DNA of 64,000 nt from Candidatus Woesebacteria bacterium (GCA_013426185.1 CP058602.1:206873-270872), one strand, 5' to 3'; shown: positions 28,483 to 39,459, counted from the stretch's first letter. The notes: a model not told the origin generated them from the letters alone. Made by a program: numbers and translations.

Positions 28483-31445
28483 TTTTCACTTAGAATCTCT
28501 ACTCTAAAAGCATTATCCTTTAATATCTTAGAAGAAGAACTTTTTTTCAATATCATTTGCAAGAATTGTTTATCTTTAGGCAACCAAGGCGAATAGACAA
28601 TTGTCGGTTGAGTAAAGGAAATATTCATTTTCTTTCTCTCTTCTTGAATCTTTCTTAACAATTCCCTAGCTTTCGCCTCCTCTTCTAATTTAGGGGTAAT
28701 TTTTGTGTTCAATTCTACCAACTCTTCTTTTGCAAACTTAAAAACCAATCTCTTCACATTTAATTCATCTTCTGCTATCTTAAACAAATCCATGCTTAAT
28801 TTTTCAAATCTTTTATCAGGGGACATAACAATAGCTTCAATAAGAGGCTGGCGAACAGGAATTCCCAACTCTTTTCGCTTAGCATGCACTTTCTCAACAA
28901 TATCTCTTAAGTAGACCATATCCTCAACTAAATTCTTTTCACCATCAAGAAATGCGAAATCAATATGCGGCCATTCAGAAAGGTGAACCGATTCTTTCTT
29001 GGTCAAATTGCAATAAATCTCATCACTGATAAAAGGAGTAAAAGGGGCAAGCAAACGGCTTAGAACTTCCAAAACAAGGTAAAGTGTTTGATAAAAAGCT
29101 TCTTTGGAAAGCTTATCCTCAGCCAAGAATCCAACTCTATCTCTTGATCGTCTTAAATACCAATTAGAAAGATCGTCAACAAAAACTTCAATCAAACCAC
29201 TAGCTGTTGCGGCATCATAACGATCCAGATTCTCTGTAACCTCTTTAACCAAGTCCTCAAGTCTAAGCAAAATCCATTTATCTAAAACTGATAAATCCGC
29301 TTCTTCTATTTTTCCGCCTGGTTTCCAGTTATCTATGTTGGCATAGGTCACAAAAAAGTTATAGACATTCCAAAGCTTAAGATGAAAGCGGCGTCTTGTC
29401 TCATCAGCTAATCTATACCCAAAAAGAAGATTTTCAGAGACATTTTGGCGCGCATAAATCCAGCGCATTACATCAACACCCATCTTTTCCGCACCCTCAT
29501 TGAATTCTATGAAATTACCCCAGGATTTATGCATCGGCCTTCCATCTTCAGCCAACAGAGTGGCAAAACCCAAAACGGTCTTGGTTGGATTTTCATCCTC
29601 AAGCACAGTGCTCATTGCAATCAAAGAATAAAACCAATTTTTAAACTGACCAGGGAAACTTTCGGTAATAAAATCAGCCGGGAACCATTTTCGCCACTCA
29701 TCTTTATCAACTAGATATAAAGGAGCAGAATGATTGTCTTTGCTAATAGTTGAAAAGGATACAATACCAGCGTCAAGCCAAGGATTGCCAACAGGCTCAA
29801 TTCTTGACATAATATTGCCGCACTTTGGACATTTTATCTTCACAAAATCTATCTGCGGCTTATGCGGGGACTTGCCTTCAAATTTTTCCCAGCCAGAGAC
29901 AGCTTTTTCCTTAAGTTCTTCTTTTGAACCAATTACCTCAAAATGGCTACACTCCTGGCACTCCCAGATTGGCAGAGCTAAACCCCAATATCTATTTTTC
30001 TTACTAATCAACCAATCACTCATATTCTTAAGCCAATCAATCTCACGTTTCAGGCCAAATGATGGAATCCATTTTATTTTCTTTGCCACCTTCATCATTC
30101 TTTCTCTTAGAGTTAATCCACGAGATGGGCCTTTTTTTGTGGGTTTATCCATAGCTATATACCACTCATCTGTCACCTTCCAAACAAGCTCCTCCTTACA
30201 ACGCCAACAAACAGGATAACGATGTTTATAAAGAAATTTATCAAAAACCCAATTCTCAGCTTTCTTTTCCCTACCTTCAAGATAATCAAAAATAATTTCT
30301 GGGTGTTTTTTCGCATTTTTACCAGTCAAAAACCCTAGACCTTCTTTATAACTTGCATCATCATTAATAACTGGAATCATTGGCAAATCAATCTTCTGAC
30401 CAAGTCGATAATCCTCAGTACCAGCACTAACAGCAGTGTGAACAAGCCCTGTTCCCTCCTCTGTCGTAATAGGCATTATAAGATCGTCAGTCGCCACCAC
30501 CGTATGAAACTTTGGATGAGATGAAACTTTTTTAACAGCAGGCAAATCATCAAAAGCGCTATCATAATGAAGTCCTACCAATTCCGAGCCTTTAACCACT
30601 TTTTTAATCGGCTTTTTATCAGTCTTAAAAATTCTTTTGATACAATCTTTTGCCAACCAATAAAGATCACCAGAATCTCCTTCAACCAAGGCATAATCCA
30701 AATTTTTATCAACAGCAACAGCTACATTAGCAGGAATAGTCCAAGGTGTAGTTGTCCAAACCAAAAGATACTCATTTTTTCTGTCCTTGATAGGAAATTT
30801 AAGAACAATAGACATATGAGTAATTTCTTTATAATCCTCAGTCAAAATTTCATGCTGAGAAATAGCAGTCTCACAACGAGGGCACCAAGGAACAGAATCA
30901 TTCCCTTTATAAATCCATTCGTTTTGATAACACACTTTCAAAAAGTGCCAAATCATATAGTTATTCTCTTCACTCATTGTGTAGTAGGAATGATCCCAAT
31001 CCATAAAATAGCCCAAGCGCTTGGATTGCTCCGTTTGAATTTGGGAAAACTTGAGGACTCTTTCTTTACACTTTTCTACAAACTTCTCCACCCCATATTT
31101 TTCTATATCCTTTTTAATCTTAAATCCGAGCTCTTTTTCAACTTCTACTTCTACCCAAAGACCCTGGCAGTCAAAACCATTTTGGAATCTCTGCTTAAAT
31201 CCTTGCATATTTTTATATCTCTGCCATAAATCTTTGTAAGTCCTTCCCCAAGCATGGTGAACCCCCATTGGATTATTAGCAGTAATAGGCCCATCAAGAA
31301 ATGAAAAATATTTCTCAGAGTTTTTATTCTTTTCGCGGTATTTTTTCTCAATATCTCTCTTCGACCATTCCTCAAGCAATTTTTTTTCCATCTCTTGAAA
31401 AGAAGTTCTGGGGTCAACTGGTTCAAAATAATTTTTAGGCTTCAT
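28479..31445 (-). CDS. ileS: Isoleucyl-tRNA synthetase (archaeal/eukaryote-like type 2)
   Basis: 988 aa. GPITANNPMGVHHAWGRTYKDLWQRYKNMQGF (the HIGH region), WLISKKNRYWGLALPIWEC (a WCISRQ-like motif), PMHKSWGN (KMSKS-like) and zinc knuckles CPRC and CWRC. ValRS cannot be fully excluded. Confidence 0.7.
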   Translation of the reverse strand: MKPKNYFEPVDPRTSFQEMEKKLLEEWSKRDIEKKYREKNKNSEKYFSFLDGPITANNPMGVHHAWGRTYKDLWQRYKNMQGFKQRFQNGFDCQGLWVEVEVEKELGFKIKKDIEKYGVEKFVEKCKERVLKFSQIQTEQSKRLGYFMDWDHSYYTMSEENNYMIWHFLKVCYQNEWIYKGNDSVPWCPRCETAISQHEILTEDYKEITHMSIVLKFPIKDRKNEYLLVWTTTPWTIPANVAVAVDKNLDYALVEGDSGDLYWLAKDCIKRIFKTDKKPIKKVVKGSELVGLHYDSAFDDLPAVKKVSSHPKFHTVVATDDLIMPITTEEGTGLVHTAVSAGTEDYRLGQKIDLPMIPVINDDASYKEGLGFLTGKNAKKHPEIIFDYLEGREKKAENWVFDKFLYKHRYPVCWRCKEELVWKVTDEWYIAMDKPTKKGPSRGLTLRERMMKVAKKIKWIPSFGLKREIDWLKNMSDWLISKKNRYWGLALPIWECQECSHFEVIGSKEELKEKAVSGWEKFEGKSPHKPQIDFVKIKCPKCGNIMSRIEPVGNPWLDAGIVSFSTISKDNHSAPLYLVDKDEWRKWFPADFITESFPGQFKNWFYSLIAMSTVLEDENPTKTVLGFATLLAEDGRPMHKSWGNFIEFNEGAEKMGVDVMRWIYARQNVSENLLFGYRLADETRRRFHLKLWNVYNFFVTYANIDNWKPGGKIEEADLSVLDKWILLRLEDLVKEVTENLDRYDAATASGLIEVFVDDLSNWYLRRSRDRVGFLAEDKLSKEAFYQTLYLVLEVLSRLLAPFTPFISDEIYCNLTKKESVHLSEWPHIDFAFLDGEKNLVEDMVYLRDIVEKVHAKRKELGIPVRQPLIEAIVMSPDKRFEKLSMDLFKIAEDELNVKRLVFKFAKEELVELNTKITPKLEEEAKARELLRKIQEERKKMNISFTQPTIVYSPWLPKDKQFLQMILKKSSSSKILKDNAFRVEILSEK

Positions 31446-31492
31446 AGATTAGAGCTATTTTACTACGAAAAAAAACTAAAAAGAAGAAGAAA

Positions 31493-32650
31493 TCAATGAA
31501 TCTTTCTCAAAAAAGCTGGAATTTCAAACTTTTGTCCGAAAATATCAGAATCTTCATCTGACGCTTGTGGAAACTCTTTCATTTCTTCCCCCTCCGTTAA
31601 TTCTTCTTCCTTACTTGTTTTAAGAGTTTCGCTGATAATACCTTCTATTTTAGTTTCATTGCCAACTTTAAAAAAACTAGCTAGTCTTGACTGTGTTTCA
31701 TCAAAACCCGTGGCAATAACCGTAATTTTTACCTGATCATTGAGATCATTTTTAACAACCGCACCAAAAATAATATTGGCATCAGCATCTGCTGACTGAG
31801 AGATAATTTTTGCAGCCTCGTTTACTTCAAACATTGTCAGATCATTTCCACCTGCAATATTGAAAAGAACCCCTCTTGCGCCTTCCATCGAAAGATCCAA
31901 AAGCGGAGAAGAAATAGCTGCGCGAGCAGCCATCTGAGCTCTGTTTTCGCCAACTCCAGTACCAATACCAAGAAGAGCGGTACCTGCGTCTTTCATTATT
32001 GTCTTCACATCAGCAAAATCAACATTAATAAGCCCCGGAGTGGTAATAATATCAGCAATTCCACCAACAGCCTGCGACAAGACCGAATCTGCTAATTTAA
32101 AAGCCTCAACCAAGGTCATCTTTTTATCAATAACATCCATCAAACGCTGGTTGGGAATAACTATTAGAGTATCTACCTCTTGGCGCAACTTCTCAATTCC
32201 CTCCTCAGCAATCACACTTCTTCTTGTCCCTTCAAAAGCAAACGGCTTTGTAACAACACCAACCGTCAAAGCTCCAGCTTCACGAGCAGCTTTGGCTATA
32301 ATGGGTGAAGCTCCAGTACCTGTTCCACCACCCATTCCAGCTGTAACAAAGACCATATCAGTGTCTATCAAAAGTTCCTTTATCTTTTCTATTGATTCTT
32401 CAGCCGCTTGCCTACCAATTTCAGGGTTTCCGCCAACTCCTAATCCTTTAGTTAGCTTTTCTCCTATTTGTATCTTTGTAGGAGCTTTATTTTGAAGAAG
32501 GACCTGAGCATCGGTATTAACCACTATAAACTCAACGCCATTAATCAGATCTTCTTCCACCATCGAAGAGACGGCGTTTCCACCACCACCACCCACGCCT
32601 ACAACTTTGATTTTTGCTATTCTTGCCTCATCGGGTTTTACTAAAGCCAT
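31493..32650 (-). CDS. ftsZ: Cell division GTPase FtsZ
   Basis: [14 protein letters not shown] and the [13 protein letters not shown] tubulin signature, with a C-terminal conserved peptide DIPAFLRK. Confidence 0.95.
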   Translation of the reverse strand: MALVKPDEARIAKIKVVGVGGGGGNAVSSMVEEDLINGVEFIVVNTDAQVLLQNKAPTKIQIGEKLTKGLGVGGNPEIGRQAAEESIEKIKELLIDTDMVFVTAGMGGGTGTGASPIIAKAAREAGALTVGVVTKPFAFEGTRRSVIAEEGIEKLRQEVDTLIVIPNQRLMDVIDKKMTLVEAFKLADSVLSQAVGGIADIITTPGLINVDFADVKTIMKDAGTALLGIGTGVGENRAQMAARAAISSPLLDLSMEGARGVLFNIAGGNDLTMFEVNEAAKIISQSADADANIIFGAVVKNDLNDQVKITVIATGFDETQSRLASFFKVGNETKIEGIISETLKTSKEEELTEGEEMKEFPQASDEDSDIFGQKFEIPAFLRKIH

Positions 32651-32705
32651 AAATTATTATAGGCAGATTGTATAACAGAAGGCAAATAAACACAACTGCC
32701 TCAAG

Positions 32706-33980
32706 TTAGGGCAGAAGATTCCTAATAGACTCAAAGATCTTATTAAAAGTTCCCTTACCTGGTAATTTAATTTTTTTACCCATTTTTGTCAATGCCTCAT
32801 CACTTGTTTGGTGCGAAGCATAAAGAATAAGACCAATCGCAACTGCATACTGTGGAGATAAAATATCGTCAATCAACCCACTAACACCAGTTGGTACTCC
32901 GATCCTTGCCGGAAGTGAAAGAACTCTTCTTGCGCTTTCAATTATACCAACTGTCTCTGCTCCTCCACCCGTTATGATTACACCCGAAGGAGTTTTTCCC
33001 AAGAGGCCAAACTTATCAAGCTCAAGTCTCACCATACTAAAAATTTCATTCAAACGAGGCCTAATAATTCCTTCCACCAAAGTTTTGCGCGAGACCTTCT
33101 TCACTTCAAGATTTTCCTTACTTAAATCAAGACTATCAGGCAAGGTTATCTCTTCTGTTTTATCCTTCCTTTTTTCATAATTAGAAAGCAACAGTTTAAT
33201 TTTCTCCGCTGATTCAAGGGAAATTCTTAGCCCAATCGCTAAATCGTTGGTAACATTTTTAGCGCCAATTGGTACAACCCCAGAATAAGCAAGAGCGCCT
33301 TCCACAAAAACACAAATTGAAGTTGTCCCTCCTCCTATATCAACCACGACGCAACCAAGCTCTTTCTCGGTAGCGGTAGCTACAGCCTCAGAAGCTGCCA
33401 GACCGCTAAAGACAATTTCGGAAATACCAACTCCCGCTTCATCCACAGCCTTTTTTAAGTTTTTAACTGATGCCGTTGAAGCTGTTATTACATGGGTTTC
33501 AACCTCAAGCCTAACTCCAGTCATACCAACTGGGTCTTTGACGCCACCCTCTCCATCAACAGTAAACTCGCGAGGAATAATATGCAAAATTTCCCTTGAA
33601 ACAGGCAGAGAAATAGCAGAGGCTGCATCAATCACACGCTCAATATCAACATCCTTTATCTCACCATCAGGATCTGAAATAGCTACCACTCCATGCGAAT
33701 TCTGAGAAGAAACACTCGCCCCACCTAAAGAAATATAAACCGAATCAAGATTATAACCCGCCATTCTTTCTGCTGATTCAACACTCTCCACTATCGATTC
33801 AACAGCCTCCTCAATATTAATGATCTGGCCTTTTCTTATACCACGCGAGGCAACAGAAGAAACTCCCACAACTCCAATTCCACTTTCATAGACATCTTGA
33901 GAAGAATCAATCTGCGCAATAATCGTGGTTATTTTGCTTGAACCTAGATCTATAGCTGAAATTATTTTTGACCTTGTCAT
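32706..33980 (-). CDS. ftsA: Cell division protein FtsA (actin-like ATPase)
   Basis: 424 aa: ISAIDLGSSKITTIIAQ, VVVDIGGGTTSICVF and IITGGGAETVGI. Confidence 0.9.
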   Translation of the reverse strand: MTRSKIISAIDLGSSKITTIIAQIDSSQDVYESGIGVVGVSSVASRGIRKGQIINIEEAVESIVESVESAERMAGYNLDSVYISLGGASVSSQNSHGVVAISDPDGEIKDVDIERVIDAASAISLPVSREILHIIPREFTVDGEGGVKDPVGMTGVRLEVETHVITASTASVKNLKKAVDEAGVGISEIVFSGLAASEAVATATEKELGCVVVDIGGGTTSICVFVEGALAYSGVVPIGAKNVTNDLAIGLRISLESAEKIKLLLSNYEKRKDKTEEITLPDSLDLSKENLEVKKVSRKTLVEGIIRPRLNEIFSMVRLELDKFGLLGKTPSGVIITGGGAETVGIIESARRVLSLPARIGVPTGVSGLIDDILSPQYAVAIGLILYASHQTSDEALTKMGKKIKLPGKGTFNKIFESIRNLLP

Positions 33981-33981
33981 T

Positions 33982-34674
33982 TTATCTTAGAATAGGATTT
34001 TTATATCTTAAGTCTATTGTAATATTATCATACGACTTATCAACCTTGAATTTTTCATAATTTTCCTCAAGCTGGCTAAGTAAGAATCTACTTGCACCAA
34101 CTAAATATTCTCTGTCCTTACCTTCTTTAGGCAAAACCAAAATAGGACCTGCAAGCATCTTAACTTCAAGTCTATCATCAAAAAGTTTAGCGTAATTAAT
34201 TTTATACAAATAATTAAGATAATAAAATAGCGACATAGACATTAAAACATCTTCAGGTACTTTATCACCTACCTTAAAATCGTAAGCATCCGTTTCTAAA
34301 AAAGAAATATCTGAAAGATTATCCCTTCTTGCTAAAACCTCTCCTTTCTCGCTTATCAAATAAAAGGAATTACTTTTTGTATTCTTCAGAACATAACTAG
34401 ATTTCCGCAAGATGATGTTCAAAATTAACTTTGAAGGAAAAATAAAACGACTATTGTAAGAAAAAACTAAACTGTTTCCCTTAAGAATCTTGTCAACTTC
34501 TCCCCTCGTTTTAAAATAAGGTTTTCCTTTCAGTCCTTCAAGTTGAGAGGCAATTTCAGAAGGGCAATCTCTATCAGAAATAAAACAAGACACCTCTTTT
34601 ACTTTTAAAAAATAAGGCAAAAGAAAAATCAAAAATAAAATTAAAAATAAAGACGAATAGATTACCTTAACCAT
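33982..34674 (-). CDS. FtsQ/DivIB-like cell division protein (TM + POTRA-like)
   Basis: 230 aa with an N-terminal TM helix, in the ftsQ position between murG and ftsA. Sequence similarity is weak. Confidence 0.5.
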   Translation of the reverse strand: MVKVIYSSLFLILFLIFLLPYFLKVKEVSCFISDRDCPSEIASQLEGLKGKPYFKTRGEVDKILKGNSLVFSYNSRFIFPSKLILNIILRKSSYVLKNTKSNSFYLISEKGEVLARRDNLSDISFLETDAYDFKVGDKVPEDVLMSMSLFYYLNYLYKINYAKLFDDRLEVKMLAGPILVLPKEGKDREYLVGASRFLLSQLEENYEKFKVDKSYDNITIDLRYKNPILR

Positions 34675-35773
34675 GGGCTACTTTTTCAACAAGATCAACA
34701 AAATTACTGGCAGCATTGATATCGGGACTAATTTTATCCTTACTTTTTCTAACATAAACTTCCCAATTAAGATAGATGTCTTCGATTTCTTCAAAAAGCC
34801 TTTTACTTGAAAGTTCATCTTGCTTCAACACTTTGGCGATACCAAATTTTTTGGCAAAAATTGCATTTTTAGTCTGTTCATCAAGATAGGAAAAAGGTAT
34901 GGGAATTAATATTGCTGGCCTTTTGACCACCATAATCTCAGCCACGGTATTTGCTCCCGCTCTTGCTACAATCATATCTGCTCGCCTATAAACTCCATCT
35001 ATTTGCATAGGATCAATCAGAGAATAAACTTCATATCGCGAGGCAAGTTCGGAAGATAACTTTTCTTTCAACTTTTTAAAATCAAGATAATCAATCAATC
35101 CCGTTTGATGAATTACATAAAACTTTTCAAGGAGATTCTTTAATATAGGTTTTAAAGCTTCATTGACAACCTGTGAACCTCTAGATCCGCCGGTAACAAA
35201 GAGCACCGGTATTTTTGACATCTTCTCTTTTGCCGGCACTTCAAGAATCTGAGTCATAACAGGGTTTCCCACAACCACCGACTTTGAAGAGCCAAAGTGC
35301 TTTATACTCTCCTTTCTGGCAAGAGCAACCTTATTTACAAAAGGCAAAGAAAAAAGATTAGCCCTACCAGCCGCAGCTGTCTGCTCATGAAGTAAAGAAG
35401 GAATTCCCAAAAGCTTGCCAGCCAAGACTACGGGAAAAGCAGCAAAACCGCCAAAAGAAACAATAACATCCGGTCTTGTTTTTATTACCAGATATAAGGC
35501 ATGCAAAAGACCAAACGGTATTTTCAAAAGAGACGGAATTGTCCATAAAGTAAATCTGCGCTGCAATCTGCCCATTCTAATAAAATATGTCTTAATCCCC
35601 AATTTAGAGAAGTGGACTGATTCTAAAGTAGGTATTTCCCTGCCTTCAAATGCATTTTTGACCCCAATCCAATAAATCTCAAGAGGTTTATCTTGATATC
35701 GCCTTATAATCTCTTCAACAACAGCTATTGCTGTAGTTGCAGCATGTCCTCCAGTCAGAACAATCTTTCTCAT
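34667..35773 (-). CDS. murG: UDP-GlcNAc:lipid I N-acetylglucosaminyltransferase MurG
   Basis: MRKIVLTGGHAATTAIAVVEE, a GT28 N-terminal G-loop, and a C-terminal FVTGGSRGSQVVNE. Confidence 0.85.
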   Translation of the reverse strand: MRKIVLTGGHAATTAIAVVEEIIRRYQDKPLEIYWIGVKNAFEGREIPTLESVHFSKLGIKTYFIRMGRLQRRFTLWTIPSLLKIPFGLLHALYLVIKTRPDVIVSFGGFAAFPVVLAGKLLGIPSLLHEQTAAAGRANLFSLPFVNKVALARKESIKHFGSSKSVVVGNPVMTQILEVPAKEKMSKIPVLFVTGGSRGSQVVNEALKPILKNLLEKFYVIHQTGLIDYLDFKKLKEKLSSELASRYEVYSLIDPMQIDGVYRRADMIVARAGANTVAEIMVVKRPAILIPIPFSYLDEQTKNAIFAKKFGIAKVLKQDELSSKRLFEEIEDIYLNWEVYVRKSKDKISPDINAASNFVDLVEKVAHG

Positions 35774-36909
35774 CTTCTCTTTAAAACAGATCTTTTCTTA
35801 AATCTTTTTAAAACCGATCTTTCTTGCCTATATCTTGATATATTCAAGATTATACCAGTTGACGCTAAAAGCATCACCAAAGATGAACCTCCATAGGATA
35901 TAAAAGGAAGGGGGATACCAGTCAGCGGTGTCAGAGCTGTCATAGAACCTAAATTCAAGAGGACTTGAACACCAATCCAAACAACAAAGCCAAAGGTAGC
36001 GACCTTGGAAAAAGTGTCAGGCGATGAAATCGCGATCTTGAAACCCCGATAGATAAGATAGACAAAAAGAAAAATCAAGACTAAAGAGCCAAGAAAACCC
36101 ACTTCCTCAGCAATAACTGCAAATATAGAGTCAGTGGCTGCTTCAGGTAAAAATAAATATTTTTGTTTAGATTCCCCCAAACCAACTCCAAATAGTCCGC
36201 CCAAACCCAACGAGATTAAAACTTGAGTTATATGATAACCATGGCCTAAGGGATCAGCGGTCTGCTCAAGAAAAGTCATAAGTCTTGCACGGCGATAATC
36301 AGAAGAAATAATTAAAACAACTCCGAAAAACAAAGAGGTTAGAACCAAAATAAAAAAATAAAAAACATTAACACCAGAAATAAATATCTGAAAAATACCA
36401 ATTGCAGCTACCACAAGAGTAGTACCCAAATCAGGCTCAAGCATAATAAGAAAAGACACCAAAACAAGAGGAATTACAAAAGACAAAAGACCTTTCTTTA
36501 ATTCTGAAAGCCTGGCAAAATAAAGTACTAAAGCAAACTTAATTAGCTCTGAAGGCTGAAAACTAAAAGAACCAAAATTTAACCACCTCCTAGCGCCTAA
36601 CGACTTAATTCCAAAAGCAGGAACAATAACTAAAATCAAAGCTAAAACACTTAAGAAAAAAATAACGCTGGCATAACGAAACCAAAATTTATAATTAATT
36701 TTTGAAAACAGAACAAATAGAACAATACCAACCAAAGACCAAACTAGTTGCTGTCTAGCAAAATAAAATCTGTTGTTAAAAAATTTAAGAGCTTGAGGCG
36801 CCGAAGCGTCAGCGATAAAAAGAATGCCGAGTAAAGTAAGGGATAAAACCAATAAAGCAAACTGCCAATCTGCACCTGTTTTTACCTTTTTATTAACCGA
36901 AGAAAGCAT
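35770..36909 (-). CDS. ftsW: SEDS-family lipid II flippase/polymerase FtsW
   Basis: 379 aa, 10 TM helices, in the dcw position between mraY and murG; GIPLPFISYGGSSL. Confidence 0.8.
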   Translation of the reverse strand: MLSSVNKKVKTGADWQFALLVLSLTLLGILFIADASAPQALKFFNNRFYFARQQLVWSLVGIVLFVLFSKINYKFWFRYASVIFFLSVLALILVIVPAFGIKSLGARRWLNFGSFSFQPSELIKFALVLYFARLSELKKGLLSFVIPLVLVSFLIMLEPDLGTTLVVAAIGIFQIFISGVNVFYFFILVLTSLFFGVVLIISSDYRRARLMTFLEQTADPLGHGYHITQVLISLGLGGLFGVGLGESKQKYLFLPEAATDSIFAVIAEEVGFLGSLVLIFLFVYLIYRGFKIAISSPDTFSKVATFGFVVWIGVQVLLNLGSMTALTPLTGIPLPFISYGGSSLVMLLASTGIILNISRYRQERSVLKRFKKRSVLKRR

Positions 36910-36931
36910 AAATTAGATTAATAAACCCAAA

Positions 36932-37990
36932 TTAAATAGTAGAAAGCCAAAGAGCAAAAATTGCAAGTATAAGTCCTGCAAGCCAAGCTCTTGTTACTAT
37001 TTTCGGTTCCTCCCATCCACGAGCCAAAAAAATATGATGAGCCGGAGCTATCAAGAAAACTGGTCGTTTGAGAAACTTCCAGCCCAATATTTGAATTGCA
37101 GAAGTAGCTGTCTCAATAAGATAAATAGCACCCACTAAAAAAAGAGCAAAGACAGAACCCGTCAAAAGACCAATGACAGCAAGAGTGGCCCCAAAAGAAA
37201 GAGCTCCCGAATCCCCAAGGAATATTCTTGCAGGCCAAATATTAAAATACAAAAAGGCAATAAGAGAACCTATCCACAAAGCAATGAAAACTGAAAGAGG
37301 AGTGTCAAGGTTACCGCTTGCAATAACTGCAAAAACAGCCAAAGAAATAACCAAAAGTCCGGCAGCCAAACCATCAAGCCCATCGGTGATATTATAGGCA
37401 TTGGAAAAAAGGACAATCAAAAAAGCCGCAAAAGGGATATACCAAAATCCTAAATTGAACGTAATATCAAATAAAGGGATGTGAATTATTTTAATACCCA
37501 TCTTAAAATACAATAAAAATGAAATTGCAAATGCCAAAACCCATTGAAGAGCAAATTTCTGCATTCTGGTCAAACCATAGACTACTCCCAGACCAGCTCT
37601 ACCTTTACCAAAAATTTTAACTAAATCGTCAAGCAATCCCAAAAAACCAAAAGACAAAAAAGTAAAAGCAATTACAAAAATCTCATATCTTAAGTTGTAA
37701 GCGCTTCTAATATAAACTCCCATACGAGACGAAAAAGGAAAAATTAAAGTAAAAAGCAAAAACACGACCAGAATAATCAAAACTCCACCACCAACAGGAG
37801 TTCCAGCTTTTATATCATGTAGTTTGTCAAAAAGCGGAACTTTGCCCTTTTTAGGGGCTTCTTTCCTGCGCTGAAGTTTAAGCTTATAGAGCAAGTTGAT
37901 AAAAGGCACCACAAGAAGACTTGTAATGACAAAAGAGAAAATGACCAGTCCTAAAAAAAGTGTCAAATAATTATTCATAATTAAGAACAA
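36932..37990 (-). CDS. mraY: Phospho-N-acetylmuramoyl-pentapeptide transferase MraY
   Basis: NAYNITDGLDGLAAG, FLGDSGALSFGATLAV and a 10-TM topology. Confidence 0.9.
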   Translation of the reverse strand: MFLIMNNYLTLFLGLVIFSFVITSLLVVPFINLLYKLKLQRRKEAPKKGKVPLFDKLHDIKAGTPVGGGVLIILVVFLLFTLIFPFSSRMGVYIRSAYNLRYEIFVIAFTFLSFGFLGLLDDLVKIFGKGRAGLGVVYGLTRMQKFALQWVLAFAISFLLYFKMGIKIIHIPLFDITFNLGFWYIPFAAFLIVLFSNAYNITDGLDGLAAGLLVISLAVFAVIASGNLDTPLSVFIALWIGSLIAFLYFNIWPARIFLGDSGALSFGATLAVIGLLTGSVFALFLVGAIYLIETATSAIQILGWKFLKRPVFLIAPAHHIFLARGWEEPKIVTRAWLAGLILAIFALWLSTI

Positions 37991-38205
37991 GAGACTATAA
38001 CGTAATCATCAACTGGTAAGACTCTTTTATTGCTATCGACCAAACACCCTTTATTGTTTAGCGGACAACGACACACACCCTCTTTAGTATCATGGTCAGT
38101 CTCTACAACTTTGCCATCTGAACTGCAAGGATCAATAGTAGGTTTACGACTAACCCTATAAACATCATAGCTACAAACACTAAACATTTTTTCAGCTTTA
38201 GTCAT
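37981..38205 (-). CDS. Cys-rich 74-aa protein of unknown function embedded in the dcw operon
   Basis: MTKAEKMFSVCSYDVYRVSRKPTIDPCSSDGKVVETDHDTKEGVCRCPLNNKGCLVDSNKRVLPVDDYVIVSCS has 6 Cys. The ORF exactly fills the murE-mraY gap, and its stop overlaps the mraY start by 10 nt (translational coupling). Confidence 0.45.
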   Translation of the reverse strand: MTKAEKMFSVCSYDVYRVSRKPTIDPCSSDGKVVETDHDTKEGVCRCPLNNKGCLVDSNKRVLPVDDYVIVSCS

Positions 38206-38223
38206 AAACTCTTTTATTATAAA

Positions 38224-39459
38224 CTAACACACCACCGGTTTACCATAAGTTGGTAAAATGCCTCGAAGTGATTCTCTCACTGCCTTTTTTTCAGACCATT
38301 TGTACTCGGTTTTGCCAAAACACAAGCTTTCCTCATGACCTTTGCCGCAAATTACTACAGTATCACCTTTTTTTGCCAATTCGTTTATTGCAAAATAAAT
38401 AGCTTTGCCACGATGTTCAACTTCAAAAACTTGAACTTGAGAACTTTTTATACCCTTTCTAATTTCGCGATTTATTGCACTAATTGACTCGCCTCTTGGA
38501 TCCTCAGCTGTTAGAATTATTTTATCTGCCAATTTACTAGCTACTTTCCCCATTAATAGTCTTTTGGTCTTATCTCTTTCACCAGCGCTGCCAAAAACAA
38601 CTATTAAATTTCCTTTTCCTTTTGTTTTGGATAAAAATTTTAACAATTCTTCTAAAGCATTCGGTGTATGAGCAAAATCTACTATCAATTTTAGACCTTT
38701 ATAATTTGTAATATAATCCAATCTGCCTTCGGGGGTCCTGAGTTTCCCTATAATATTTTCTATCTTGGTATAGGAAATTCCCAACCTATGGCAAGCTACA
38801 GCTGCCAAAGCCAAATTTTCCCTATTATATTCTTGAGTAAATTTTTTATACACAGCCTTTTTTAAACTATAAGGCAAAGAGGAAATGCTCACAAAACTAA
38901 CTTTAAGTTTTTTGTTCTTTATAAAATGAACAAATTGTTTGTACTTTTTATTTATTATAGCTACTTTAGATCTATTAAAAAGCTTAGCCTTAGCTAAGGC
39001 ATATCTTTCCATAGTTAAATGATAATCAAGATGCTCATGAGTAATGTTGGTTAAAACAGAAATATCAAAATTTATCCCTAATACCCTATGTTGATCAAGA
39101 CCGTGAGAAGTTACTTCAAGAACTAAAAACTCGCTATCAGCATCTTTGGCATCGGTAATCAACTTTTGCAGAGTTTTGGAATCAGGCGTAGTTGTATGTA
39201 AACCGGTTTTGATCTTTTTGCCTCCTATGATAGCTCCTGTTGTTGAAACCAAGGAGACCTTCTTACCTACTAATTTCAAAATTTGGTGTATCAAAAAAGA
39301 GGTGGTAGTCTTACCATCCGTACCGGTCACGCCTATTACTTTTAAGTGTCTTGAAGGAAAATGATAATAGATATTCCAATATATGGCTTCAAAAAAGTGA
39401 AGAGTATTCTTATAGCGAGAAATAAAAAATCTTCTTAAATTATTATATCTATTTATCAT
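38224..39459 (-). CDS. murE: Mur ligase, MurE-like (UDP-MurNAc-tripeptide synthetase)
   Basis: The P-loop VIGVTGTDGKTTTSFLI, then TTPDSKTLQKL (the MurE-type TTP motif), LEVTSHGLDQHRV and NITHEHLDYHLTMERYALAKAKLF. Start placed at the internal ATG (MINRY) so that it does not overlap ftsI. Confidence 0.65.
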   Translation of the reverse strand: MINRYNNLRRFFISRYKNTLHFFEAIYWNIYYHFPSRHLKVIGVTGTDGKTTTSFLIHQILKLVGKKVSLVSTTGAIIGGKKIKTGLHTTTPDSKTLQKLITDAKDADSEFLVLEVTSHGLDQHRVLGINFDISVLTNITHEHLDYHLTMERYALAKAKLFNRSKVAIINKKYKQFVHFIKNKKLKVSFVSISSLPYSLKKAVYKKFTQEYNRENLALAAVACHRLGISYTKIENIIGKLRTPEGRLDYITNYKGLKLIVDFAHTPNALEELLKFLSKTKGKGNLIVVFGSAGERDKTKRLLMGKVASKLADKIILTAEDPRGESISAINREIRKGIKSSQVQVFEVEHRGKAIYFAINELAKKGDTVVICGKGHEESLCFGKTEYKWSEKKAVRESLRGILPTYGKPVVC

